Shown here in pieces: positions 45,801 to 54,861 of a stretch of 64,000 nucleotides of DNA (within the stretch, counting starts at the first letter, position 1; each line of letters starts with the position of its first letter). The position numbers were made by a program, and so were the translations under genes. This DNA is from Candidatus Rifleibacteriota bacterium (lineage in GTDB: Bacteria; Muiribacteriota; Ozemobacteria; Ozemobacterales; Ozemobacteraceae): NCBI GenBank assembly GCA_028689875.1, contig JAQVCG010000004.1:3414-67413 (forward strand), in the 5' to 3' direction. Below the pieces are notes generated by a model that was not told where the DNA came from, made no database searches, and saw only the letters and a list, made by a program, of their open reading frames with translations.

Positions 45801-47517
45801 ATTTCCCCGGTAAAAATCTTTTGTCAGTGCATTCTACTACCGCCGCCATGTCCATAAACTCAAGGCGTGCCGAATGTGCCATTGGACGGTATGATTCCAT
45901 GGCCTCACGAACAAAGTGTCCGATTGTTTTTCGATCAGGGCAGTCATCTTCCTGCAATTCATACATTCTTGAAGCCATTATTAAAATGCCTTCCATTTCG
46001 TTGCCGCCTATATCGAGTGATTCAGGAAAATCAGGTATTTCTTCGTCAATAATTTCGATCTTATTTTTCTTTGCTAATGCTTTGAACAAGTCTTTTTTGT
46101 CTTCGGTTGTTTGCGGTGCAAATAATGGAATGTGCACGTCAAGTCTTCCCACGCGTTTAAGGTCTATTTCAAGAAGATCAGGTCTCGATGTTGCAAATAT
46201 CCAGAATATTCTTCCTCGATTTCTTGTGTCGGCCATTTCTCGGGCAAGCATTGCATAAATTCTGCCGTTAACACCGGAATCATTGCTTCCGCTGTCTCTT
46301 TTGCCCGCTACTTGGTCTGCTTCGTCGATAAATACAATTACTTGCCCCATCGCGTGCAAAATTTTAAAAATTGCTTCTAAGTTGCCTTCTGTGGCACCGA
46401 CCCACTTATCTCTGAAATTTTTAAGCTCAACACAAGGCACGCCCGCCTCACCCGCAAAACACTCTACCAGGTATGTTTTGCCCGTTCCAATGCGTCCTGT
46501 AATCAGATACCCCATTGGTAACGCCTTGGTTCTGCCTCTTTTCATCAAAGAAGCATCCTGGCGCATCCATCTTTTGGCTTCACTGTGTGCTGCCACGTCA
46601 TCTAGTGTTCTTGTCGATTCGACAAACGTAATTCTGCCGTTAGCAGACTTTTCTATCATTTCTTTTTTAACATCGCGCAGGTAGTCCATTGAAATGCGTC
46701 TGTTATTCTTAATCGCGCGCTCAATCAGGTTTTGCACATCTAAGCACGAAAGCCCTTCGAGCTTTTGTGCAAGCGACTCTCTGTCGATATCGCATAGCTC
46801 TGAAAAGTCTTTAATCTCTGATGTGGCGGCTTTTACAAAATTTAAAACCTCGATTGAACCGGGCAAATCTATCTGAATTTTCGCAGAACGCTGATTTTCA
46901 ACCAACTGCTGATTTAAATCGTTCAGATTCTCGGCAATAAGGCACGTTGTAACATATGCATTCTTTATGTTAGGATCAGAAGCCCAGTCCATAATTCGTA
47001 TGAGCGTTTCGACCGATTCAGCGCTGGTATAAGCAACCTCTGAGCGCGGCAGCAAATATTGAACGTAATCAACAATAACGGCCACACGCATCGGGTTAGC
47101 AACGGTTTTGCCGCTTTTATCAATGCCTGTTCTTATTAAACCGTTTCTTATAAATCTGTCAATTAAAGCCAATGCCTTTTTAGGGTCTTTGGGAAGGGCG
47201 TTATCGATGCCATTGTCGTAGCCCGTTGAGTAAGAGGTGTGATGATAGGTGTCGTAAGTTTTTAAGAAATTAAAAAATAAACTGCTGCCCTTGGCTGTTC
47301 TGATGCCATGACCTCTGTCGTAGCTGAGCACAACTTCAAAAGGAGCGAACATTACGCGAGTCAGAAAATCTTTTAAAGAAAGACACTGAAGATTTTGCTC
47401 TTCACTTTCGGTAAAAGTAACCCAGTCATCAATGTTTCCGTATAACACAAACTGACTAATAGAGCCGCTTTTAAAAATTTCTGCCATTTCTCTGGCCCAA
47501 CTCGGGTAATGTGCCAT
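45736..47517 (-). CDS. classic-clade AAA+ ATPase with ~330-aa unassigned N-terminal domain
   Basis: 593 aa. Walker A 'GRIGTGKTYLVECFA', Walker B 'VIVFIDEADQV', second region of homology 'FATSRPDLLEIDLKRVGRLDVHIP'. No GAFTGA loop and no C-terminal HTH seen. Confidence 0.8.
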   Translation of the reverse strand: MAHYPSWAREMAEIFKSGSISQFVLYGNIDDWVTFTESEEQNLQCLSLKDFLTRVMFAPFEVVLSYDRGHGIRTAKGSSLFFNFLKTYDTYHHTSYSTGYDNGIDNALPKDPKKALALIDRFIRNGLIRTGIDKSGKTVANPMRVAVIVDYVQYLLPRSEVAYTSAESVETLIRIMDWASDPNIKNAYVTTCLIAENLNDLNQQLVENQRSAKIQIDLPGSIEVLNFVKAATSEIKDFSELCDIDRESLAQKLEGLSCLDVQNLIERAIKNNRRISMDYLRDVKKEMIEKSANGRITFVESTRTLDDVAAHSEAKRWMRQDASLMKRGRTKALPMGYLITGRIGTGKTYLVECFAGEAGVPCVELKNFRDKWVGATEGNLEAIFKILHAMGQVIVFIDEADQVAGKRDSGSNDSGVNGRIYAMLAREMADTRNRGRIFWIFATSRPDLLEIDLKRVGRLDVHIPLFAPQTTEDKKDLFKALAKKNKIEIIDEEIPDFPESLDIGGNEMEGILIMASRMYELQEDDCPDRKTIGHFVREAMESYRPMAHSARLEFMDMAAVVECTDKRFLPGKFAQLNADYARTRMDELKTQIS

Positions 47518-47541
47518 ATTTTATTCCTTCTGCTTTTTCTA

Positions 47542-48435
47542 TTATTGATACTGCTTTGCTCTGTTGTGCGGTCTGGCGTCGGCATCAATATCCATCAACG
47601 GATCATCGCCTATTGCAGGCCCACTAAGCTTTCGTAAGAAGTCGCCGTGCGTGTTTATCCAATCTTGGGTTTCGCCCAATGTATTATTGATCATATCTAT
47701 GTTAGAGCTTAGACCTTCTGGACTGCTATCTAGTGCGATACCTTCTCTTACGAAGTTTACCTGATTTTCGATTCTTTGAAGTTCCATTTCTACAAGCATT
47801 TCATTTTCTTTTATTGCTTCAAAGTTTTCGAGGCGCTTTTGAAATATTTCCAGGTTGCCTCTTAGTGATTTTTCAAGTGCCGGGCTCAAATTTGGAGCCT
47901 TCAGTTGACTGTTAATTTTGTGTATTTGGTCTTCGATCTGTTTTGTGTTCGCTTTGTTCTGGCTCTCTTCAATGAGTTGTTTTGTGCGTAAGAGTTTTAA
48001 AAATATTATGGGCATTTGATTTAAGGTGTCCTGTCGGCTCATTACCATAAAGTCACCCTGTTGGTCGACATTCCAGTTCATTAACTTATTGATTTCGCTG
48101 ATATTGGCGTTTAATTTACCGAGTCTTGATGAGTGAACCGTTTTAAGTGTTCCGGCAATTTCGCTGAGCTTTTCGTTTCGCAACTGTTTAAGCTCTAAAG
48201 CTTTTTTACCGTCAACGTAGTTTCTGAAGCGTTGGCTTGATGTCATTACATATAAAAATATGACTTCGATTGCCACTCCAAAAAACCAAAATCCAACATT
48301 GCTCAGCCCTAATATAAGCATTCCGAGCAAAAACAATTTATTTACAGGCACATTTCCGATTCCCGTAAAACAGGTTGTAACATTAAATGCTTCACATACA
48401 TAGTCCGTATAGGTGAGTTTTGATTTAACCGCCAT
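47542..48435 (-). CDS. 2-TM membrane protein with ~220-aa cytoplasmic coiled-coil domain
   Basis: 297 aa. 'LFLLGMLILGLSNVGFWFFGVAIEVIFLYVM' forms two hydrophobic helices, followed by heptad-rich helical sequence. Start overlaps the ABC ATPase stop by 1 nt. Confidence 0.6.
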   Translation of the reverse strand: MAVKSKLTYTDYVCEAFNVTTCFTGIGNVPVNKLFLLGMLILGLSNVGFWFFGVAIEVIFLYVMTSSQRFRNYVDGKKALELKQLRNEKLSEIAGTLKTVHSSRLGKLNANISEINKLMNWNVDQQGDFMVMSRQDTLNQMPIIFLKLLRTKQLIEESQNKANTKQIEDQIHKINSQLKAPNLSPALEKSLRGNLEIFQKRLENFEAIKENEMLVEMELQRIENQVNFVREGIALDSSPEGLSSNIDMINNTLGETQDWINTHGDFLRKLSGPAIGDDPLMDIDADARPHNRAKQYQ

Positions 48436-49307
48436 TACTCTGATCCGCCGATTCTTAAGAATTCGTCAGTTATATCTTTAAGATAATTTTTAAACTTACT
48501 GCTTTCTTGCACTTCTAAGGGGGACATACCTTCTTCTTTTCCTATTTCTTCGGGTTTTATGAATCGCTGTGATACAAGTCTGCCCGGATTAGCTTTGAAC
48601 ATAAATATTCTATCGCTCAAATAAAGCGCTTCCGCTAAAGAGTGAGTAACGATAAATACCGTAGCCTCAACTTCGTGCCACAAATTCGTTATCAACTGCT
48701 GCATTTCGATTCTTGTGGGTTCATCAAGAGCTGAAAAAGGCTCGTCCATAAGTATTATTCTCGGTTTTAACACCAAAGTTCGCGCAATTGCCACACGCTG
48801 CTGCTGACCGCCTGAAAGCTGATAGGGGTATTTATCTTCGTGCCCGCTCATTCCAACTTTCGCAATCATTTCACGCGCTATGCTTTCCATTTTGCTTTGT
48901 TTATAGCCTAGTGTGTGGTTATTAAGCTGCAGTCCGAACATTACGTTCTGCAAAACCGTTAAATGCGGAAAACTGCTGTATTTTTGAAATATCATTCCGC
49001 GGTCACGGCCCGGCCCTTTTACTGGCTTATTTCTTATAAGAATTTCGCCTTCAGTGGGCGGACCCACTTCTTGAAACCCTTGAATTAAATTCAATACCGT
49101 CGATTTACCGCAGCCTGAAGGCCCTACCAACGCAATGAACTCGCCTACGTCAGGCAGGTCTTCAATATTAAAAGTTACATCTTTCAAGGCCATAAACTCA
49201 TTTGGAGTGCCCTGATTGAAAATCTTTGTGACGTTTTTGAAGCTTACAATAGACGGATATCTAACTTCATTTTTAACTTCATCTTTTACTTCAATATTTT
49301 CGTTCAT
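48435..49307 (-). CDS. ABC transporter ATP-binding protein (NitT/TauT-type importer)
   Basis: 290 aa. 'GPSGCGKST', 'LSGGQQQRVAIAR', 'ILMDEPFSALD', 'VTHSLAEA'. Confidence 0.85.
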   Translation of the reverse strand: MNENIEVKDEVKNEVRYPSIVSFKNVTKIFNQGTPNEFMALKDVTFNIEDLPDVGEFIALVGPSGCGKSTVLNLIQGFQEVGPPTEGEILIRNKPVKGPGRDRGMIFQKYSSFPHLTVLQNVMFGLQLNNHTLGYKQSKMESIAREMIAKVGMSGHEDKYPYQLSGGQQQRVAIARTLVLKPRIILMDEPFSALDEPTRIEMQQLITNLWHEVEATVFIVTHSLAEALYLSDRIFMFKANPGRLVSQRFIKPEEIGKEEGMSPLEVQESSKFKNYLKDITDEFLRIGGSE

Positions 49308-50572
49308 CGTTTAAGGCTCCTATAGGGGAAAAGGCTATTGCCGCATTTTTCCCATATTTTATCGGTTATGAATGCCATCACGACTATTGCTATAAGCACT
49401 AAGTAGATATCTTCTCTCGGCCCGCGTCTTTGGCTGGTCAGAATAAGCGCGCCTACGCCATAACTGCCCATATCAACCATTTCGGCCAAGATAATGTAGC
49501 CCCAACCGACTCCAAAGCCCATTCGCATTGCATCGAAAATAGAGGGCATTGCTACAGGCAAAAGAATTTTATTCAGAGTTTGATATTTGCTTGCGCCCAA
49601 TGTGTAGCCTGTTTGCAGATAAACATTATCTACATCATCAATTGCTTTAACAAAAAGTGGAAGCAGATATATTGCAAAGCCTATAGCGAGAAACATAATT
49701 TTTTGAGTTTCGTTGGTTCCGAATAAACACATAGTAAGTGGAACCAATGCGGGTATGGGCAGATAGCCGCTGAAAAGAACCAAAGGTGAGAACAGCGCTT
49801 TAATTTTGCTGAAAGTGCCCATAAGCAATGCTATGGGGAAAACCACTATGAATGCAGTTAAAAAGCCTGCGCTGACACGTAAAAAGCTGTAAAGAATATT
49901 TTTGGGAAGCAATCTGACAGACCACAACTGTGGTAGTGAAGAAAATACTTCAGAGGGGCTCGGTAATATAACCGGCGCAAAAACTCTTGTTTCAACTACC
50001 TCGTATCTGTATTCAAAAAGCTTTATATTAGAGTTTGCGGTTTTGTTTGATGTGTTAAGCGAAACCGACCCGGCAATACCCGGTTCGTTCATTTCGCCAT
50101 TTACTTCGCCTTCAACAGTGTTAACCGGCTTGTTTTCGTCTTCGCTGCTTTTGTTAGCAGAAGTCGGTTTTGAGTATCTGATAATTTTACCCGGAGGTAG
50201 TGTTATAACTGCATTCTTGCCGCGTTTAATAACGGGCAAGCCAACCAGGCTGAACTGTTGGTTTTGGTAAGAAAGGGTAGGAGATAAGTCCTTTTCGTCG
50301 TAGTTTTCGCCTTCGGGGACTTCAGGATACAAAACGTCAGCACCTTCTATGGTCAGTCTGGTTTTGTCTTTAAAAAAAGTGCCTGTTTCAGGCGTCAACT
50401 GAGTGCCTTCAAAGTTCCCGACGGGCAGTTTTATTGTTTTTGCAGAACCTGAGGTTAGCAGATACCACAAAAACAATAATAAAATAATCGGAGCAACACC
50501 GAGAGTAATCTTGTCTTTAAGATTAACCTCGGTGCGTATTCCGAAAAAGTTTTTATGAGTGTCTATTTTCAT
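49304..50572 (-). CDS. ABC transporter permease with ~200-aa N-terminal extracytoplasmic extension
   Basis: 422 aa. One TM near aa 25-45, a hydrophilic ~170-aa segment, then a typical ~6-TM BPD-type permease core ('LPKNILYSFLRVSAGFLTAFIV...'). ATGA overlaps on both sides. Confidence 0.75.
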   Translation of the reverse strand: MKIDTHKNFFGIRTEVNLKDKITLGVAPIILLLFLWYLLTSGSAKTIKLPVGNFEGTQLTPETGTFFKDKTRLTIEGADVLYPEVPEGENYDEKDLSPTLSYQNQQFSLVGLPVIKRGKNAVITLPPGKIIRYSKPTSANKSSEDENKPVNTVEGEVNGEMNEPGIAGSVSLNTSNKTANSNIKLFEYRYEVVETRVFAPVILPSPSEVFSSLPQLWSVRLLPKNILYSFLRVSAGFLTAFIVVFPIALLMGTFSKIKALFSPLVLFSGYLPIPALVPLTMCLFGTNETQKIMFLAIGFAIYLLPLFVKAIDDVDNVYLQTGYTLGASKYQTLNKILLPVAMPSIFDAMRMGFGVGWGYIILAEMVDMGSYGVGALILTSQRRGPREDIYLVLIAIVVMAFITDKIWEKCGNSLFPYRSLKR

Positions 50573-52197
50573 TGCGACTCTGGTGAATAGACAGATACTT
50601 CAACTCTTCTGTTGAGAGCATGATTCTTGGGGTCTAATTCATCAGCAGGTTCATCCCAGCCTTTTCCTTCAACAACAAATTTGTCCGGTGAGAACTTATA
50701 TTTGTTGACGATGGCTTGCTTTACAGCTTCAGCTCTGTCTTTGCTAAGTTTGTTAACGATGCTGCTGTTTACTTTACCCTTCATTGAGCTGTCAGTATGA
50801 CCAACAATGCTCACTATGGCTCTGTCATAGGCACCCGACAATCTTGCAACTCTATCGAGGGTTGCTTCGATGTTTTTGTCGTAGAGCGTGTTAGGAATAA
50901 TTCTGCCTGTAAGGTCATGGGCCGGCTCGTAAATATTGCTCGAATTTGGGTAGAAGTTTATTCTGACAGTTTGAGTAATAATCGGTGCTTCAGCCATTAC
51001 TTTTGAGTAAGTGCTAGGCACATATGAGCTTACATACTTGTCTTTGTGGTGACTGAATTTGCCCTGTTTCTTGAGTTCTTTGATAACCGAGAAATCCATT
51101 ATTTGATTAAATGGAATCATATCTTTAATTAAACCTGCTTCTTTGTAGACGCTGCTTACGCTTTTCCAGGTTTGTTCAAAGTTGGTCGGGTTGTTTGCAT
51201 TCAAGAAAAACTGTTCATTTTCGGCAAAGTTTGTGGGGTGAGCATCGGCTTCCATTGACATGGCTTCTTCTACGCTCATTCCATAACCATCTGCCATAAA
51301 TTGAAACGCCATGGTTTTGGTTGTTGAATTTTCTAGCATATCCATGCCTTCGAAAATACCGGCTACGAGGCCCTTAACTATGTCGGGGTGGTCTTTGGCA
51401 AAGTCGGCTCTTACTGCCCAAACGTCAGCTATAAGCTTGTTTGCGTCTGCAGTTGTGGTGAGTATTCTTGTGCCTGCAACCTTTTCGGGGATAGTGTAGA
51501 TATCGGGTGCCCAGCTTACGCAAGCATCGATAGATTTATCAGAAACAAATGCGGCCGCTGCTTCAAAAGCAGTAGAAGTGTATTTGTGAGTAACTTCGTT
51601 AAGGCCGATACCTGCATTTATGAGCAGGGTGCTGATAAAATATTGTGATGCGCTGTTTTGTGCGTAAACGATGGTTTTGCCTTTAAGATCTTTTACCGAT
51701 CTAATTTTATTTCGGGTTACGATCCCGTCTCCACCGCTTGACCAGTCGATTTGTTGGTATACTCTGGGCGCTGTTCTCGAATCTTTAAAGAGTTCGGGAG
51801 CGAACAGAGCCAGAATGTCCATGGTGCACCATAACACATGGCTTTCGCCGCTTGCGTAACTGTCACGGGCTACAACGGGGTCATCGATGAGCTTTAAGTT
51901 AACTTTAAAACCGTATTTTTTGTAAAAAACACTGTTTTCGTTGGGGGCAAAACCGTGGTTAGCTGCTATGATAGGTAGCCAGCCGGACCAAACGTTAATT
52001 GGAAAAACGACAACTTTTTCTTTGTCGTCCCACTTATAGTTTGAGGTGCCGCGAACCGGGGGAAGAGTTTCTTTTAAAACATATTTATATTCTTTAACTG
52101 TTGTTATCGAATTTTTGTCGGGAGCTTCTTGCGCTGTTGCTGAGCCTGCAAAGGCAAAGCAAAACATCAGCGAAAAAGCTGCAATTAGTTTTTTCAT
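50569..52197 (-). CDS. periplasmic substrate-binding protein (NMT1/NrtA/TauA-like) fused to C-terminal OmpA-like domain
   Basis: 542 aa. Signal peptide 'LIAAFSLMFCFAFAGSATAQ'. SBP core. C-terminus 'IVGHTDSSMKG...LSKDRAEAVKQAIV...NRRVEVSVY' is the OmpA-like peptidoglycan-binding motif. Confidence 0.7.
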   Translation of the reverse strand: MKKLIAAFSLMFCFAFAGSATAQEAPDKNSITTVKEYKYVLKETLPPVRGTSNYKWDDKEKVVVFPINVWSGWLPIIAANHGFAPNENSVFYKKYGFKVNLKLIDDPVVARDSYASGESHVLWCTMDILALFAPELFKDSRTAPRVYQQIDWSSGGDGIVTRNKIRSVKDLKGKTIVYAQNSASQYFISTLLINAGIGLNEVTHKYTSTAFEAAAAFVSDKSIDACVSWAPDIYTIPEKVAGTRILTTTADANKLIADVWAVRADFAKDHPDIVKGLVAGIFEGMDMLENSTTKTMAFQFMADGYGMSVEEAMSMEADAHPTNFAENEQFFLNANNPTNFEQTWKSVSSVYKEAGLIKDMIPFNQIMDFSVIKELKKQGKFSHHKDKYVSSYVPSTYSKVMAEAPIITQTVRINFYPNSSNIYEPAHDLTGRIIPNTLYDKNIEATLDRVARLSGAYDRAIVSIVGHTDSSMKGKVNSSIVNKLSKDRAEAVKQAIVNKYKFSPDKFVVEGKGWDEPADELDPKNHALNRRVEVSVYSPESQ

Positions 52198-52223
52198 CTT
52201 ATAATCCTTAAATGCCAGATATT

Positions 52224-52982
52224 TTAGTTTTGTTCAATATTGCCCATTCCGCGATCTGGAACAGATACCGGTTCAACATCGATTGATTCTGGAACTGAAG
52301 GACTTGCCATGCCATTCATTGCCATAAATTCTGCCAGTGCTGCATCGCCCATAGCTTCCATTTCGGCTTCTTTCATAATCTGATCGGTTGAGTCAACTCC
52401 CGCTGTGGTAGCAACTCTAGAACGACCGATAGCTTTGTCGCGTTTTTCTTCTAACAGAGAGGATACACGGCTGATAGAGTCTCCGCTGCTGCCAATTCCG
52501 CTGATCATGCCTTTTGCCATTTCTTGCAGTTCAGCTTGAGCTTCATGCATTCTGGTTTCGCTGACCATTGTTTCGAGTTTGGAAATTTTAGCTTGTGCTT
52601 CTTTTACAGCTATATCGCGTGATTTAGAGAGATCTTTGAAAGTTTTTTCTGCAATTTCAAACTGAGACTGATTATCTGCAAGTTGTTGTTTAACAGATTG
52701 GAGCTGCATTGCTAACTGACCGGCTACTTTTTGGTTGTTAGCTTTGATGTTAGCGGTAATTTTTGCTGTCAATTCTCTTTCTTTTGCCTGCAAATTCTTG
52801 ATTGTTCGGCTAAGTTTTTCAACAAAACCGGCATGGTTTGCCAAATTTTCATTGAATCGCCCTATTTGGCTGCGAAGATTTTCTTTTTCGCTTTCAATTA
52901 GAGCTTCGGGATTGTTTGCTTCAAGCCCGCTGATAAAGAGACCAAAGAACCCTCGGATAATGTTCATTAAACGTTTAAACAT
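52224..52982 (-). CDS. pspA: PspA/IM30 (Vipp1) family protein
   Basis: 252 aa, all-helical. 'MFKRLMNIIRGFFGLFISGLEANNPEALIESEKENLRSQI...' has the N-terminal amphipathic helix and heptad pattern of PspA/IM30. Confidence 0.7.
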   Translation of the reverse strand: MFKRLMNIIRGFFGLFISGLEANNPEALIESEKENLRSQIGRFNENLANHAGFVEKLSRTIKNLQAKERELTAKITANIKANNQKVAGQLAMQLQSVKQQLADNQSQFEIAEKTFKDLSKSRDIAVKEAQAKISKLETMVSETRMHEAQAELQEMAKGMISGIGSSGDSISRVSSLLEEKRDKAIGRSRVATTAGVDSTDQIMKEAEMEAMGDAALAEFMAMNGMASPSVPESIDVEPVSVPDRGMGNIEQN

Positions 52983-53002
52983 ACAAAAACTCCTTTTGGA
53001 AT

Positions 53003-54778
53003 TTATTTTTCAGGTGTAAATACTTGTACTTCAACCCTACGGTTGAGTGCTTGATTATGTGGATCATTTGAGTCTGCAGGTTCGTTCCAGCCTTTTCCTT
53101 CAATTATAAACTTATTGTCAGGAAATTTATAATTTCGGCTAAGGGCTTTAGAAACAGACTTAGCACGATCGAGCGATAAGTCTTTCACAGCTTTCTCAGG
53201 CACTTTCCCTTTCATAGAACTGTCAGAGTGCCCTACAATTGCAATTTGAGCTCTGTCGTATTGTCCGACCATGCGAGCTATCTTTTCGAGTGTGGCATCA
53301 ACTGTTGGGTCGTATCTTGTGTTTGGTATTGCGTTCCCAAATTCGTCATGTTCAGGCTCAAATATGTTGTCAGAGTTGGGATAGAAGTTTATTCGCACAG
53401 TTTGTGTTAAAACCGGTGCTTCAGCAGATATTTTTTTGTAGCTTGTAGAAACGAAATTGCTGACTTGAATTTCTTTTTGGTCAGGGAATTTATTTTCCTT
53501 TTCGAACTTTTGAATAATACTAAAATCAACTACTTCGTCAAATCTTGTCGGAGTGCCGATATTGCCCAAGGTTCTATAAACTTGGTTTATGTTTTTCCAG
53601 GTTCGTTCAAAGTTTGTGGGACTATTTTTATTCAAGAAGAAGTTTTTGTTTTCAGCAAAGTTCGTAATAAAAGCATCTGCTTCCATGGCCTTTACGTCAT
53701 CTACGTTCATTCCATAGCCTTCTGCCATTAAAGCGAACGCTTTAGCCTTTGTGGTTTCGCTTTTCTTAAGCATGCTCATACCTTCAAAAATCCCTGCTAC
53801 AAGCCCTTCGATGATGTCGGGGTGATCTTTTGCAAAGTCGGCACGTGCAGCCCATGAGTCGGCTATGAGTCTGTTTGCTTCGCCTGAAGTGGTAAGTATT
53901 TTTGTTCCGGCAATTTTTTCGGGTATCGTGTAAATGTCGGGAGCCCAGCTTACGCATGCATGAATGCTTTTATCTGCGACGAATGCTGCAGCCGCTTCAA
54001 ATGCTGTCGAAGTATATTTATGATTGACTTTGTTAAATGGAATTCCGGCGTTCAAGAGCAATGTGGAAATAAAATACTGAGACGAGCTATTTTGAGCATA
54101 AACTATTGTTTTTCCCTCAAGCTGCTTGACGTTATGAATATTGCTTCTGACAACGATTCCGTCGCCGCCGCTCGACCAGTCGATTATCTGATAAATGCGC
54201 GGTGATGTTCTGCTGTCTTTCATAAGGCCCGGCGCAAACAGTGCGAGTATGTCAAGTGTACCCCATAATATCTGTGATTCGCCTGATGCGAATGAATCGC
54301 GCGCTGCTACAGGGTCGTCGATGAGTTTCAGATTAACTTTGAAGCCGTATTTTTTGTAAAAAACGCTGTCGGTATTTGGCGCAAAACCGTTGTTTGCAGC
54401 GATAATCGGCAGCCAGCCCGACCAAACGTTAATCGGAAAGTTGACTATGCGCTCTTTGTCGTCCCATTTGTAGCCCGATACTCCCGAAACAGGAGGCAGG
54501 ATCTGTGTTGGAACGTAAGTATATTCTTTAACCGTAGTAACAGTGTTTGTGTCAGGTGCTTCAACGGATTTTGTAGACGCTGATGAAGAAGAACTTGAAG
54601 ATGAGGTCGCACTGCTGCCCGAGTTTTGGGCTGAAGTGCTGTTAGAATCGCCTTTGCTTGGCCAAAGTTTTTCTTTTAACTCAGGTTTAAAAGAGAATAC
54701 AGCCGCAGCTATGCACCCCAGTATCAATATAAACATTACGGCCTTGCCTAGGGGCGTTGGCCCGATATCGTTGCTCAC
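53003..54778 (-). CDS. membrane-anchored substrate-binding protein::OmpA-like fusion (paralog of 50569-52197)
   Basis: Long stretches are near-identical to the paralog ('FPINVWSGWLPIIAAN','KKYGFKVNLKLIDDPV','KYTSTAFEAAAAFV','CVSWAPDIYTIPEK'). TM anchor 'AVMFILILGCIAAAVFSF' plus Ser-rich linker. C-terminal 'IVGHSDSSMKG...NRRVEVQVF'. I prefer the GTG at 54778 (GAGGAGGG 4 nt upstream) over the track's TTG at 54814. Confidence 0.7.
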   Translation of the reverse strand: MSNDIGPTPLGKAVMFILILGCIAAAVFSFKPELKEKLWPSKGDSNSTSAQNSGSSATSSSSSSSSASTKSVEAPDTNTVTTVKEYTYVPTQILPPVSGVSGYKWDDKERIVNFPINVWSGWLPIIAANNGFAPNTDSVFYKKYGFKVNLKLIDDPVAARDSFASGESQILWGTLDILALFAPGLMKDSRTSPRIYQIIDWSSGGDGIVVRSNIHNVKQLEGKTIVYAQNSSSQYFISTLLLNAGIPFNKVNHKYTSTAFEAAAAFVADKSIHACVSWAPDIYTIPEKIAGTKILTTSGEANRLIADSWAARADFAKDHPDIIEGLVAGIFEGMSMLKKSETTKAKAFALMAEGYGMNVDDVKAMEADAFITNFAENKNFFLNKNSPTNFERTWKNINQVYRTLGNIGTPTRFDEVVDFSIIQKFEKENKFPDQKEIQVSNFVSTSYKKISAEAPVLTQTVRINFYPNSDNIFEPEHDEFGNAIPNTRYDPTVDATLEKIARMVGQYDRAQIAIVGHSDSSMKGKVPEKAVKDLSLDRAKSVSKALSRNYKFPDNKFIIEGKGWNEPADSNDPHNQALNRRVEVQVFTPEK

Positions 54779-54832
54779 TATACCCTCCTCAGAAATATTT
54801 AATATACACTGCAAAAATACACATAAATTATT

Positions 54833-54861
54833 ATACTACTGGTTTTTTACGCCTACTACAA
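54833..54861 (-). promoter_or_regulatory. sigma70-like promoter candidate (TTGTAG-17-TAGTAT) for the nine-gene operon
   Basis: Minus-strand hexamers at 54856-54861 and 54833-54838 with a 17-nt spacer. The -35 abuts the stop of the upstream gene. Confidence 0.45.

Noticed and set aside
45788-46684. Several plus-strand ORFs (156, 61, 82, 133 aa)
   Set aside because: All are antisense within the AAA+ gene and show no independent signals.
45736-47517. AAA+ ATPase as PspF-type sigma54 activator of pspA
   Set aside because: No GAFTGA loop and no C-terminal HTH. The second region of homology looks like the classic AAA clade. The gene lies downstream in the same operon rather than divergent from pspA.
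54568-54620. Repetitive-looking DNA as a tandem repeat or CRISPR-like feature
   Set aside because: It is simply the coding sequence for a poly-Ser linker using mixed codons. There are no spacer-repeat periodicity and no array.
54779-54814. TTG start of the first SBP::OmpA gene
   Set aside because: There is no RBS. The in-frame GTG at 54778 is preceded by GAGGAGGG at ideal spacing.
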